Source: Gemmatales bacterium
GTDB lineage: Bacteria; Planctomycetota; Planctomycetia; Gemmatales; HRBIN36
Direction of reading: 5' to 3'
Length of the DNA: 64,000 nt
NCBI GenBank assembly: GCA_041640595.1
Contig: JBEPZY010000005.1
Coordinates: forward strand, 128,001 to 192,000
Shown here: positions 1 through 9,920 of the stretch, in pieces
Layout: the number at the start of each line of letters is the position of its first letter
Position numbering within the stretch: position 1 is the stretch's first letter
Made by a program: the position numbers and the translations under genes
The notes under the pieces: model-generated
What the model saw: the letters and a program-made list of their open reading frames with translations, nothing else
Databases searched by the model: none
What the model was told of the DNA's origin: nothing

Positions 1-2
1 TC

Positions 3-260
3 ACTTACGACGATTTCGTCAAAGCCGGCGAACGCACCTGGAACCTCGAACGACTCTGGAACCTGCGGGCAGGCTTTACCGACAAGGATGACACTTTGCC
101 GGAACGTTTACTCAAACAACCGCACCCATCCGGGCCGTCGAAGGGCGTGGTTGTCCATCTCGAACAGATGCTGCCTGTGTATTACCGTGTGCGTGGTTGG
201 GATGAACACGGCGTACCAAAACCGGAAAAGCTCGCCGAACTGGGCCTGACAAGCGTCTGA
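3..260 (+). CDS. aor: Aldehyde:ferredoxin oxidoreductase (AOR family), C-terminal part; gene runs off the window start
   Basis: Not in ORF track. Frame 3 reads TYDDFVKAGERTWNLERLWNLRAGFTDKDDTLPERLL...MLPVYYRVRGWDEHGVPKPEKLAELGLTSV*, matching the AOR C-terminal signature (ER.fN...G....dD.LP.R; YY..RGWD..G.P..e.L..LGL). Confidence 0.9.
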   Translation, partial: TYDDFVKAGERTWNLERLWNLRAGFTDKDDTLPERLLKQPHPSGPSKGVVVHLEQMLPVYYRVRGWDEHGVPKPEKLAELGLTSV

Positions 261-381
261 ACTCAGTACCTCGGTCGCCCGACCTGAAACTGTGAGCCTT
301 ACCAACGCCACGACTGCCAGCGCAAGCGTAGCGGATGCACTCGGCACGATTGCGACCGAATGACGTAGCCTGGAGCGTGAG

Positions 382-774
382 ATGCCGAGGAACCTTCGTG
401 CGAAACAAACGATGAAAACGCCGATTGCATGGCCACGCAAATTTTTAGCGCCGGCTAGATCCACGGCGGGCTTACGCTCGCCGCTCTTGATTGGCCGATC
501 GGACGGTGGGCTCTGTAAAGGTCGCCCTCTTGACAAACAAGGGGCGGTACGCTTTCGACTACAGGGCTACGACGTGGTGGTGTGCGGCGACGATGAGGAG
601 GAGAATTTCAACGTGGCTCACGAAATAGAAAAAACTGCCTTTCCCCACGGGAGACAGATTGCTCACGAGCCACATTGGGAAACCGCTGGCCCCAAAGCGC
701 TTCCTCATTGGCAAACTAAGAGCAAGCAGGGACACACCTTTTATGAGACCACTCGAGAAAAAGCAAAAGGATAG
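382..774 (+). CDS. Small His-rich hypothetical protein, possible toxin-like nuclease
   Basis: 130-aa ORF with DVVVCG...AHEIE...HEPH...LPHWQ...GHTFYE; stop abuts next ORF. True start uncertain. Confidence 0.65.
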   Translation: MPRNLRAKQTMKTPIAWPRKFLAPARSTAGLRSPLLIGRSDGGLCKGRPLDKQGAVRFRLQGYDVVVCGDDEEENFNVAHEIEKTAFPHGRQIAHEPHWETAGPKALPHWQTKSKQGHTFYETTREKAKG

Positions 775-786
775 GTGCCGTTTATG

Positions 787-1401
787 GGTATGAAGTACGT
801 CAGTCCAGAACTGTATCAGTTTGCTGTCTCCGACGGCAACCTTGAGGCCGTTTTCGCTGCTATGCGGGAGGCAAAGGAGAAGTTGGCGGAGCAAGAGCGA
901 GCTTACCGGCGCCATCTAAGCAGAATCAGAAAACATTTGCCGGTTCGGTTTCGGCAGTGGCTCAGCCGGCACATTTATCTGCATGATGCGGTGGTGCATG
1001 GGCCAACTGAACAACTCGAAACTGTCTGGAAGTGTCTCCAATGGCGAGGCATGCACCTGGACGGCGACCAGGACGACATCCGTGTGCACTTCCAGTTACG
1101 GCTTTTGATGGAGAATGCGAGGGCATCGCAAGACCGGAAAAATCTGTTCATCGAAGCGACACATCCTGGCCAGGCCTTTGTTTTGCTCTGTTATCTCGGC
1201 GTGGTCGGGTACGAGGTATCCCGCTGGGAAGCAATGGACCCGGATCAAGCCGACGGCGAAAAACTCTGGCTCTACGACGAGGTGGATATCACGCAACATA
1301 ACGATCGGCGATTGCCGGTGCATCGCATTCTTTTCAGCGACGGCACCATTTCCGAAATCACCTTCCAGGACTTTCGCTGCTTCGAAGCTCGTGTGCTGTG
1401 A
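787..1401 (+). CDS. Hypothetical protein, possible immunity partner of the upstream ORF
   Basis: ORF 775..1401; likely start ATG 787 or 791-region MKYVSPELY; motifs YLHDA and WLYDEVD...HRILFSDG. Confidence 0.7.
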   Translation, partial: GMKYVSPELYQFAVSDGNLEAVFAAMREAKEKLAEQERAYRRHLSRIRKHLPVRFRQWLSRHIYLHDAVVHGPTEQLETVWKCLQWRGMHLDGDQDDIRVHFQLRLLMENARASQDRKNLFIEATHPGQAFVLLCYLGVVGYEVSRWEAMDPDQADGEKLWLYDEVDITQHNDRRLPVHRILFSDGTISEITFQDFRCFEARVL

Positions 1402-1431
1402 AACGCAGGGCGATGAGCAACAGGAGACCAA

Positions 1432-2850
1432 GTGATGGTACGGCATGTCATAGTGGGAGCGGGGCCGGCAGCTATTAACGCCATCGAGACCATTCGCGAA
1501 CTGGATGGCGGAGCGTCGGAGATCGCGCTGATCAGCGACGAACCGGCTTATGCCCGGATGGTCTTGCCGTATTACCTGGCCGACCAGATTCCCTACCAGC
1601 AGGTGTTCACCGGGGACGCGGCGTACTTCGAGCGGCTGAAAGTGCAGACACGATTTGGCCGGCGCGTCAACCGCGTGGATGCCACTGCGAAGTCGGTGAC
1701 GCTCGATAACGGGGAAACGCTGAGTTTCGACAACCTGCTGATCGCTACCGGTTCGTCGCCGGTAACTCCGCCCATTCCCGGAGCGGACCTGCCGGGCGTT
1801 GTTCCATTGTGGACGCTGGCGCACACCGAAGCCGCTTTGCAGACCATGGCCGGACGCGATCATCCCCAGGCGGTGCTGATCGGTGCCGGTTTCATTGGGT
1901 TTATCGTGCTCAATGCTATGTACAAACGGGGCTGGGCCTTGCACGTGGTCGAGCGCGAACCGCAGGTGTTGCCCCGTATGCTCGACCACGAAAGTGCCCG
2001 TTTGGTCGAAAACTGGCTGCGCGGGAAAGGAATCGGCGTGCATCTGGGCACGACGGTTACAGCCATTGAGCCGCTTGAGCAAGGCAGTGGTTCCCGCCTG
2101 CCTCGCAAACAGCTGCGGCTGGCCAACGGCACAACCCTGCAGGCCGATCTGGTGGTCCTGGCCACCGGTATCCGCGCTAATGTGGACTTTTTGCGGGGTA
2201 GCGGAATCGCACTCGATCAGGGTGTGCTGGTCAACGACCGCATGCAGACCAATTTCCCATACATTTACGCTGCCGGGGATGTTGCCCAGGGGCCGGATTT
2301 GCTCGGCGGACCACCCGCCATTCACGCCATTCAGCCCACTGCGGTCGAACATGGCCGAATCGCGGGCGCCAATATGGCCGGTCATACGGTACGCTATCCC
2401 GGCAGCCTGCTGATGAATATTCTGGATGTATGCGGTCTGCAATGTGCTAGCTTCGGACGCTGGCAGGATTCCCATGCCGAGACCATAACCCTGTGCAATG
2501 CCAGCAAGCCGGTCTATCGCAAGTTGCTCTGGACTGGCGACCGCATCACCGGAGCGATCTTCGTCGGTCAGGCGCACGATCTTGGCATGCTCAACGACCT
2601 GGGCATGGTCAAAGGCATCATTCAAACACAAGCGCCCCTGGGGGAATGGAAATCGTTTCTGCGCGAAAATCCGTTCGACATTCGCCGGGCCTATGTGGCT
2701 GCCGGCGTAGCACAAAAGCTAGCGCAGCAAACGTTGCTGGGCCGACCCACCAGACCGCGACAGTATCGCTATCTCGGTCGCCAACCGCAACCGCAGATCA
2801 CCAACCCCGCTGCTCACCGGGCTTTCGTGAGCTCTCAAACTGGCCAGTAA
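1432..2850 (+). CDS. NAD(P)/FAD-dependent oxidoreductase (pyridine nucleotide-disulfide family), likely AOR electron-transfer partner
   Basis: VIVGAGPAA FAD loop, LLIATGS, second IGAGFIG Rossmann motif, IYAAGDVA. Confidence 0.92.
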   Translation: MMVRHVIVGAGPAAINAIETIRELDGGASEIALISDEPAYARMVLPYYLADQIPYQQVFTGDAAYFERLKVQTRFGRRVNRVDATAKSVTLDNGETLSFDNLLIATGSSPVTPPIPGADLPGVVPLWTLAHTEAALQTMAGRDHPQAVLIGAGFIGFIVLNAMYKRGWALHVVEREPQVLPRMLDHESARLVENWLRGKGIGVHLGTTVTAIEPLEQGSGSRLPRKQLRLANGTTLQADLVVLATGIRANVDFLRGSGIALDQGVLVNDRMQTNFPYIYAAGDVAQGPDLLGGPPAIHAIQPTAVEHGRIAGANMAGHTVRYPGSLLMNILDVCGLQCASFGRWQDSHAETITLCNASKPVYRKLLWTGDRITGAIFVGQAHDLGMLNDLGMVKGIIQTQAPLGEWKSFLRENPFDIRRAYVAAGVAQKLAQQTLLGRPTRPRQYRYLGRQPQPQITNPAAHRAFVSSQTGQ

Positions 2851-3036
2851 TTCGCCGGGTGCATCGCTCGGAGCTAGTCGGAGCCAGATGTGACAGGCTG
2901 CTGCTGACACCTACACTCTGTGGGCAGGTCGGTTCACCGGGGGCATCGCTCGGAGGCAGACCTGACAGGGCACGCCTCGCCTTGTGGATTTTCTTGAGGA
3001 TTCGCTAAGCCGTGTATCGGTTAGCTACCAGGTGCA

Positions 3037-3307
3037 ACTGACCCCCGGCCATCTATCACTGATCACCGGCCACCGACCACTGGCCACTGATTCCGACATT
3101 CCGGTAACTGGTCACCAGCCACTGGTCACTGACCACTGATTCGGGCGTTCCGGCAACTGACCACCGGCCACCGACCACTGGCCACTGATTCCGACATTCC
3201 GGTAACTGGTCACCAGCCACTGGTCACTGACCACTGATTCGGGCATCCCGGCAACTGACCACCGGCCACCCATCACTGGCCACTGTTCACTGATCACCGG
3301 CCACTGA
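3037..3307. repeat. Hierarchical short tandem repeat: 7-bp CAC(T/C)G(G/A)(C/T) units grouped in 49-bp blocks, duplicated as 98 bp
   Basis: 3064-3161 and 3162-3259 are near-identical 98-bp copies, each two 49-bp blocks of seven heptamers (caccggc caccgac cactggc cactgat tccgaca ttccggt aactggt). Confidence 0.92.
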
Positions 3308-3340
3308 ACCGACCAGCCATCCCCTTGCCGACGGTTGCGT

Positions 3341-3368
3341 TTGACACGTTTGCGAAAATGGTTACAAT
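3341..3368 (+). promoter_or_regulatory. Sigma70-type promoter for the kinase-like gene
   Basis: TTGACA (3341-3346), 16-nt spacer, TACAAT (3363-3368), 50 nt upstream of ATG 3419. Confidence 0.6.
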
Positions 3369-3418
3369 CGGCCGGCCTGGAGTAAATCCATTTCCGGCAA
3401 GGAAGACGGAGAACGCGT

Positions 3419-6400
3419 ATGGCCAGCGGAAGGCAGCTGCGTGGTCGCTGGGGTCATTTGCCGTTGCCCCTGGTGCAATTGTGGCAGGGAAGCCTTTGCG
3501 CCAAATCAGCGGCGGAGCGATTTTTCTTTGCCCGTCAGCTCTGGGAAACCACCGCCACTTTGTTGAGCCACGTTGTCCTGGCGGATTGGCAGTGGCGGCG
3601 AACGCAACTCACCGCTGCGCCCAGTTCAGGCATCTCTTCCTTGCTCGATTGGGTAGCGGACAAAGCCCGTTTTCAAGACCATTGCCCTCCTTCGGTCCGT
3701 GCCTGGAGTTGGTTGCGGCTGCTGCTGCCGACTTTGTGCAGCGTCGGGGATACGGTGGCGGTGCGTTTACGGGATTGGCTTTACGCGGAAAATCCCCGCC
3801 TCGAAAACGACGACGCAACTGCCTTGTTGCCAATGCTGGGCCTGGCCAACAACACCGCCGCGCCGCGATGCCTTGCCGACTGGCTGGAAGCATTCCTGTT
3901 CGCCTCGCCACACCTGACGGAACTGGAGAATGTCCATCCGTCCCGACTCGAAGAGTGGGACCGCCACGTCCATGCTTTGCTCAGCGCCTGGCGTCAGCTT
4001 TTCCAGTCCGGAACGTTTTTCCGCGAGCATCGCCTGATTTTCCTGAACCATGCCGAGCGACAGGCGGATGGTAGCTATCGGCTGAATCGGCTCGAATTGT
4101 CGGGAGAATCGCCGCGTGTGTTACCGGCCTGCCAGTTTGCTGCCGGTGAGCAGGAATGGCCAGCTGGGTGTGTCTATCTCGAATTTCCGCGAAACTGGCC
4201 GGGCACCGTGTCCGGCAATGCGACGCCGACACCGGACCCTGGCTGGCCTGCACTCAATTTGCATCCCTGGATCACTTTCCAGCCGGAAACGCAGGAAGTC
4301 TTCTTTTTGCAAGCCTGGGCCGATGTTTCGCAGAATCCCAGTTCAGCAACGGTCAGCACGCCGAATAGCGCGTTTGTGTGCCCCGTGAGTGGACGTGTGT
4401 TGCAGCCGGTAGGCTGGATGCAAGCCGCCCGCCAGCGCATGGAGCAACTGGCTCGCGATCCGATCACGGCCGAGTATGTGCGGCAGTGGAATAGCGCTGC
4501 GCCGACCAGGCCCGGCGAGGGGCCCGCGGCTACGATTTTCCCAACGCAGGAATCGGCCGGCTTCGAATTGCTCAGCGAAGTGGCTTCCGGACCCCAGGCG
4601 GTTGGTTACCGTGCCTGGCAATTATCTCTGCGCCGACCGGTACGCTTGCAGTGTCTGTTGCCCCTGGACAATCGCCAACCGCTGGCCGAGCAGGAACTGT
4701 GTACCCTTTCCACATTGAGCCGGCTTCATCATCCCCATCTTATCAAGGTCTATGAACACGGCGTATCCGATAAGGTTACCTATATTGCGACGGAATTTGT
4801 AGCGGGTGTGTCGCTGGCATCGGTTCTGGAACAGCTCCAGCTTAGCCAGCGGCAATCCTGGCCAAGCTTAGAGGATTGGTATCAGGCCATCCGACTCGCC
4901 TGGCAGGAAGAGAGCCGACGCGAGCGGCCGTTGTGCATCCTGCATACCTACGAACGTCGGCTCGCCCGCTATCTCATGCCGCCGTTGACCGATACCGCCC
5001 ACCGAACAGTTACCGGCACGCATGCTTATGTCCGCGAGGTTCTTCGACTGTTTATTACGCTAGGTGAATCTTTGTACACTTTACATCAAGCCGGAGCAGT
5101 GCACGGTTCCATCGTGCCGGGCCGAATCTTGCTGGCCAGCGAAGCTAATCGCCCCATCCTGCTGGAACCCGGAAGTTTTCACGATCTTGCCGGGCAAAAC
5201 GGTTTGACGCACTCCTGGCGGTATCTAAGTCCGGAAAAACGCAGCGGTGCTGCGAGGCTCGATCCGCAAGCGGATATTTATAGCCTGGCCGCCATCCTGG
5301 CCGAATTGCTTATGTTAGCTCCCGAAACCCTGGTGCATGAAGAAGCTCGCAAAGCCCGATTGCAGCAACTGCGATTGCCTGCCCTGGAGCGACTGGCGGA
5401 TTATCTAGCAACCTGTCTCTCCACCAGTGCCGAGGACCGACCCGCTTCGGTTCTCGAATTCGTCGAAGTCTTGCGCGAATGTCTGTTGCAAATCGAGAAA
5501 TCCTCTAATAGCCGGTCTGCCGCCAAACCAGCGCGAGAGCAAGTCAGTTCCTCGACCGCTGAACCAGTTTCTTCGGTTCACGACAGTCCGCCGGTGCCGC
5601 AACGAAATGCGCAAGTTTCCTCGCCTGTACCCGCATCCACGCTGCCATCACCTGGCCGGACCAGGACGGGCACTTATCTTTTGACCATATTAGCCAGTTG
5701 TGTTGCCATTGCGTTACTATTAGGAGGTGTATTCCTGGCACTATCCTGGTGGCTGGATATCGAACCCTCTAAGCTCCTGGCCTTGCTTAGCGAGCGTACC
5801 GTCGCCTTGATAAAGGAAAGCTGGAGCGAACCTGTCGGCGAGGACACATCCAGCCTTTCAGCCACACCATCCACTTCGCCGGATGATTCCCGACCAGCTA
5901 CTTCGCCGGATGGTTCCCGACCGGCTACAGACTTAGACCATGAGCAACCATCAGCTCCCGGTTCATCAGCACCGACATCCAGCGCGACCGTCTCGGCGCA
6001 GCAGGTCCCGGAGCTGATCCTTCCACCGGTACCGGCCCCGGAGAAATCGGAAGTCAAGGTAACCGATAACGCTGGAGTTCCGGAAGCCGACCGCAATCAG
6101 GAGCTTATCAAGAGATTAGAGCAGCAATTGCAGCAGGCACAGGAGCTGGCGCTTCGCCATCAGGATGCTTATGAGTCAGCTAAGCAGGAGCTGCTTATAC
6201 TGCAGAAGCAATTGCAGTCAGCACTGGAAGCTCAGAAACTGGCCCGCGAGGAGGCCGCCGCTGTCACTCTAAAGCTCGAAACCTTACATGCGGAGTATCA
6301 GGCCGCGCTGAAAAGTTTGCACAATAACATTGAGCAGACCGTCACCATGTTGGCCCAGCTGGCAGAACGCCTTGCCGGTGAGGAAATTCGCTACTCCTAT

Positions 6401-7696
6401 ATCCGACGTGTTCGCCGACCCATGATGCTTGGTTTGCGCGATGTGGTTTCAGAAACGATCAAGTTCCTCGAGCAGAAAAAGGATACCTCTGTGCTGAGCC
6501 TTGCGACCACCTACCTTGCATTAGGGCGTTTGCATCAAGATTGCGAAGGTGCCGCCGACGCGGAAAAGGCTTACCAACATGCCTTCACCCTGCTGAACCA
6601 GGCATCGGAAGAATTCCGCAAGCATCCCGAATATAGGCCCCTGCTTTATAGAGTTCACAGTGCCACGGGACGCTTTTACCTGGAGCAAAAGAGATACCAG
6701 GAAGCCGAGGCAGCCTGGTTACAGGCCCTTACACTCGCACAAACTCTGGCCGGTACCGATAGTTCCAACATGACCTGGCAATTGCAGGTGGTTAAGTGTC
6801 ATATTCAGCTTGGACACGTGTACCGGCACTGGCGGCAACTGGATAAAGCAGAAGCAGCATACGACAATGCCGTGCGCTCGCTAGAAAAGTTAGCAGGTCA
6901 ACGATCGGAAGAACCGGCTTATGCGTTGCAGTTAGCCAGTGCGTATCAAGGGCTGGCTTACATAGCAGAGTTGCGAGATCAGGTAGAATCGGCCGATCGA
7001 CATTATCAACAGGCGATTGCGGTACTTGAGCGCATGTTGCAACGTCAACCGGAGAATCAGGAATGTGCCCTGCAGCTGGCCATAGTGGTGCACGATCGAG
7101 CCGTGCTTTTCCGCGATGCCGGCCAAGTGAAGGAAGCGCTGCCTTTATTCGATCGCAGCCTGGATTTAGCGGGCTCACTGCATCAAAGCAGGCCGGAAAG
7201 CTTAGAGGTCAGCTTACTGCTGCGGGATATTTACGCCGATCGGGCGCACGCTTATATGACAGCAGGACGCTATGCGGAAGCATCACGGGACTGGGAGGAG
7301 GCAAGGGCTTACGATAGCGAGCATCTGCCTTCGGTGCGGGCTTATCGAGCGATTTGCCTGGCCCGACTGGGTGAAATGGAGCACGCTGTCGCGGAAGCGG
7401 AGAAACTATCCTCCGCTAAGACGAAAACCGGAAGTCTGCTATATAATCTGGCCTGCATCCATGCTGTTCTTGCTGAGGTTGTTACTAAGAAGTCCAACGC
7501 GCAAAATGCGGAGCAGCTTAAGCTGGCGGAACAATATGCCCGTCGTGCAGTAGAGTTCCTTCAGCAGGCAGCCGAACAGGGATACTTTCAGAGTGCTGTC
7601 CGGCGCGAATACCTGCATCGAGACCCTGACTTAGAGGCCGTTCGACACCGTGAGGATTTCAAACGCCTGCTCGAAAAGATTGGCTTACGCGAATAA
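3419..7696 (+). CDS. Membrane Ser/Thr kinase-like (probably pseudokinase) protein with coiled coil and C-terminal TPR repeats
   Basis: Kinase-fold remnants (FELLSEV, LHHPHLIKVYEHG, YIATEFVAGVSL, YLSPE, ADIYSLAAILAELL), one TM (LLTILASCVAIALLLGGVFLALSWW), TPRs and YNLAC...AVEFLQQA...GY...DPDL tail. Confidence 0.85.
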   Translation: MASGRQLRGRWGHLPLPLVQLWQGSLCAKSAAERFFFARQLWETTATLLSHVVLADWQWRRTQLTAAPSSGISSLLDWVADKARFQDHCPPSVRAWSWLRLLLPTLCSVGDTVAVRLRDWLYAENPRLENDDATALLPMLGLANNTAAPRCLADWLEAFLFASPHLTELENVHPSRLEEWDRHVHALLSAWRQLFQSGTFFREHRLIFLNHAERQADGSYRLNRLELSGESPRVLPACQFAAGEQEWPAGCVYLEFPRNWPGTVSGNATPTPDPGWPALNLHPWITFQPETQEVFFLQAWADVSQNPSSATVSTPNSAFVCPVSGRVLQPVGWMQAARQRMEQLARDPITAEYVRQWNSAAPTRPGEGPAATIFPTQESAGFELLSEVASGPQAVGYRAWQLSLRRPVRLQCLLPLDNRQPLAEQELCTLSTLSRLHHPHLIKVYEHGVSDKVTYIATEFVAGVSLASVLEQLQLSQRQSWPSLEDWYQAIRLAWQEESRRERPLCILHTYERRLARYLMPPLTDTAHRTVTGTHAYVREVLRLFITLGESLYTLHQAGAVHGSIVPGRILLASEANRPILLEPGSFHDLAGQNGLTHSWRYLSPEKRSGAARLDPQADIYSLAAILAELLMLAPETLVHEEARKARLQQLRLPALERLADYLATCLSTSAEDRPASVLEFVEVLRECLLQIEKSSNSRSAAKPAREQVSSSTAEPVSSVHDSPPVPQRNAQVSSPVPASTLPSPGRTRTGTYLLTILASCVAIALLLGGVFLALSWWLDIEPSKLLALLSERTVALIKESWSEPVGEDTSSLSATPSTSPDDSRPATSPDGSRPATDLDHEQPSAPGSSAPTSSATVSAQQVPELILPPVPAPEKSEVKVTDNAGVPEADRNQELIKRLEQQLQQAQELALRHQDAYESAKQELLILQKQLQSALEAQKLAREEAAAVTLKLETLHAEYQAALKSLHNNIEQTVTMLAQLAERLAGEEIRYSYIRRVRRPMMLGLRDVVSETIKFLEQKKDTSVLSLATTYLALGRLHQDCEGAADAEKAYQHAFTLLNQASEEFRKHPEYRPLLYRVHSATGRFYLEQKRYQEAEAAWLQALTLAQTLAGTDSSNMTWQLQVVKCHIQLGHVYRHWRQLDKAEAAYDNAVRSLEKLAGQRSEEPAYALQLASAYQGLAYIAELRDQVESADRHYQQAIAVLERMLQRQPENQECALQLAIVVHDRAVLFRDAGQVKEALPLFDRSLDLAGSLHQSRPESLEVSLLLRDIYADRAHAYMTAGRYAEASRDWEEARAYDSEHLPSVRAYRAICLARLGEMEHAVAEAEKLSSAKTKTGSLLYNLACIHAVLAEVVTKKSNAQNAEQLKLAEQYARRAVEFLQQAAEQGYFQSAVRREYLHRDPDLEAVRHREDFKRLLEKIGLRE

Positions 7697-7770
7697 GAGG
7701 ATGCCGGGAGTTAGATACTGGCGGAACAATCGAGAGAGAACGTTTCCCGGTGCGATGGACGGGGTCTAAG

Positions 7771-8874
7771 TCAGGTCTTAATGGCGTCGAACAGGCCGAC
7801 GGCGATTGGCCCGAACAGGAAGATAGGAAACCAGGCAGCCTCAGCAGCACCTAAATAATCGTGTTCACCTAAGTGTCGGCAAACATAGTGGGTGGCGAAA
7901 AGCACGAAGCCGACGACCAGGCACAAACCTGCGTTCAGGAATAAATTGCGGTTGTAATCGCGCAGGAGCAAAGAAACACCGATTACCACCATAAGCATGG
8001 TAAGTATCGGCGTAGTCAGGCGCAGGTGAAATTGCACGGCGAGCATGGAAAGGCCAATGGTTTCCGGTCGCTGTAATTCTTGAAAAATAGTCCAGGTGGA
8101 AGCATACTGAAACCATCCTGGAGGCCGGGTAATTAGTTCAAAATCTACTCGCTCTGTTCGCAGAAAGAACTTGCCGGGATCAATCATCTCCAGGACAGGA
8201 GAACGCCAGTTTTCGGGCAGGGTACGAGGAGTGGTGTCGCTGAGCAGCCAGCCACCGCTATAAGGATCGTCGGAAGGGGGAATATAGCGAGCCTCCCGGG
8301 CGCGGATATGTTGCAGTGCACCGGAGACTTTTTCCGGAATGGTGACGGTCAGGTTATAAACTAACTGATAGCGTCGCAGAGCTTCCTGACCGGAAATCAG
8401 AATGCCATTGGGTTCGAAGGCACCATAAGCACGGCAGGGCAATTCTCCACGGGGATCGTTAGCGGGACGCATGAGCTTGTCGCCCAGTTGAGGCATTAAT
8501 AACTCGCGGTTCAAGATACTTAGTCCGATCACTGCGATAGCCCCTAGAAAAATTGGCCAGAGAATTCTCCGCACGGGAATCCCCGCGGACAGTAAGCAAA
8601 TCAGTTCGTTATTGCGTTGCATCCAGGCGATGGTGAACATGGCGGCCAATAAGACGATTACGCCGCTCAACCGGTCGAAAATCAAAATGAGCTGGTACGA
8701 ATAATACATGCCCACCACCACGATCATCTCTTGAAAATCGCCGTGGGCTGCTTCCAGGAACTCGTCGAATTTGTTGAACATGTCAATGACTAAATACAGG
8801 CTCAGCAAGGAAACAAAGCCGATAATCCAGGCACGGACAAAATTAGCCAGTAGGGTTCGATCGAGCACGGTCAT
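7771..8874 (-). CDS. lptG: LptF/LptG family LPS export permease
   Basis: MTVLDRTLLANF start, three N-terminal TMs, RNNELICLLSAGIP motif, periplasmic region, three C-terminal TMs, AAWFP. Confidence 0.85.
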   Translation of the reverse strand: MTVLDRTLLANFVRAWIIGFVSLLSLYLVIDMFNKFDEFLEAAHGDFQEMIVVVGMYYSYQLILIFDRLSGVIVLLAAMFTIAWMQRNNELICLLSAGIPVRRILWPIFLGAIAVIGLSILNRELLMPQLGDKLMRPANDPRGELPCRAYGAFEPNGILISGQEALRRYQLVYNLTVTIPEKVSGALQHIRAREARYIPPSDDPYSGGWLLSDTTPRTLPENWRSPVLEMIDPGKFFLRTERVDFELITRPPGWFQYASTWTIFQELQRPETIGLSMLAVQFHLRLTTPILTMLMVVIGVSLLLRDYNRNLFLNAGLCLVVGFVLFATHYVCRHLGEHDYLGAAEAAWFPIFLFGPIAVGLFDAIKT

Positions 8875-9578
8875 GGGCAGTGTCCGTCGGGATGGGCCAG
8901 TCCGCTATGCCTTTCGGGAGTCCCATCAGGAACGGCGGGTGAGTTTTTCCATGTTCGTAAGCCGTCGTGGTGAATAGGCGAACGCGGGTGTAATAAGGGC
9001 AGCATATAGTCTCGGAAGCCGGGACTGATACCGGCACAGCGGTCTTCGCCGTAACCGTTAGCGCAGAGCTCGTGCCAGGCGCGATAGGGTTCCCATTTTT
9101 GGACAACAACACGATAGATGGCACACAGCAAACCGGTGCGGTGCAATCCCGCCTGGCAATGGACAAGGATGGGCCAGTTATCCGGGTCACCGACGATGTC
9201 GAGAAAAAGCCGTGCTGATTCCGGCCAGAGTCCGTTTTCGCGGTCGGTTTGAGTCAGGTCTTCGCAGTACAGGTAAATATAGCGCACGCCCAGCCGCTGG
9301 CACAAAGCAGCTTCACGTTCGCCGGCCAGATTCGGGTTGGGGGCTTCTTCGCGCAGGTTGATTACGGTACGGATGCCGAATTGTCGAATGGCTTGTTCCA
9401 GTCCCCGGGCCGATAACTGGCCGCTCCGATAAAGTTTACCCGCTTCCACGACCCGCAACCGTTTGGTCGCGGCGTAGCGGTAACGGTAATAGGCAAAGCT
9501 GCCCAGAAGCAGTCCGGCTCCCAGCAGCAAGATTACTAACTGCTGGGGGCGGGTGAGTGCCGAGCTTGTGCCGCTCAT
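8871..9578 (-). CDS. Tyrosine/dual-specificity protein phosphatase, N-terminally membrane-anchored
   Basis: LYRSGQ, IRTVINLR, P-loop HCQAGLHRTG. Confidence 0.9.
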   Translation of the reverse strand: MSGTSSALTRPQQLVILLLGAGLLLGSFAYYRYRYAATKRLRVVEAGKLYRSGQLSARGLEQAIRQFGIRTVINLREEAPNPNLAGEREAALCQRLGVRYIYLYCEDLTQTDRENGLWPESARLFLDIVGDPDNWPILVHCQAGLHRTGLLCAIYRVVVQKWEPYRAWHELCANGYGEDRCAGISPGFRDYMLPLLHPRSPIHHDGLRTWKNSPAVPDGTPERHSGLAHPDGHCP

Positions 9579-9728
9579 AAGTATTCCATCGGATTATTTG
9601 CCGGCGACGAATCATGCCGAAAGCTGCAAAAAAAACAAGGCGGCTTGCGGCATCGCCGGACGCCTTACATAGCCGGGAGAAGTTCCTGTTTGCGAGAACG
9701 TGCTCTTGCAACAAAAAGAAAGCTGCCA

Positions 9729-9920
9729 TCCGGAGTGTCATTGATTCCATCGGGAAAGTCGGTTACGATATTGGTGAAAGGTGCCTGCAGGCAAGGGGAT
9801 AGCGTCCCTGAGCGGGCGTGTCCACAAAACCTGCGGGCAGCACAGTGATACATTTTTGCATGCACCAGCAAGGTGCAAAGTCAGCCTAAAGCGCCGGCTA
9901 CGAGGACATCAGCCAGGTGC
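9729..9920 (+). ncRNA. ssrS: Probable 6S RNA
   Basis: ~190-nt rod upstream of rny: terminal stem gtgcctgcagg/cctgcgggcagcac (9781-9843), 3' bubble hairpin tgcacc-agcaa-ggtgca, closing pairing gtgtc/gacat. Ends approximate. Confidence 0.55.

Noticed and set aside
1096..2715. 539-aa minus-strand ORF and similar long antisense ORFs (e.g. 47334..48251, 50611..51465, 62208..63185)
   Set aside because: Shadow ORFs opposite well-supported genes in GC-rich DNA.
5873..5926. 27-bp in-frame duplication (TSPDDSRPA/TSPDGSRPA); likewise the 18-bp EGITV duplication near 26913
   Set aside because: Ordinary slippage in low-complexity linkers.
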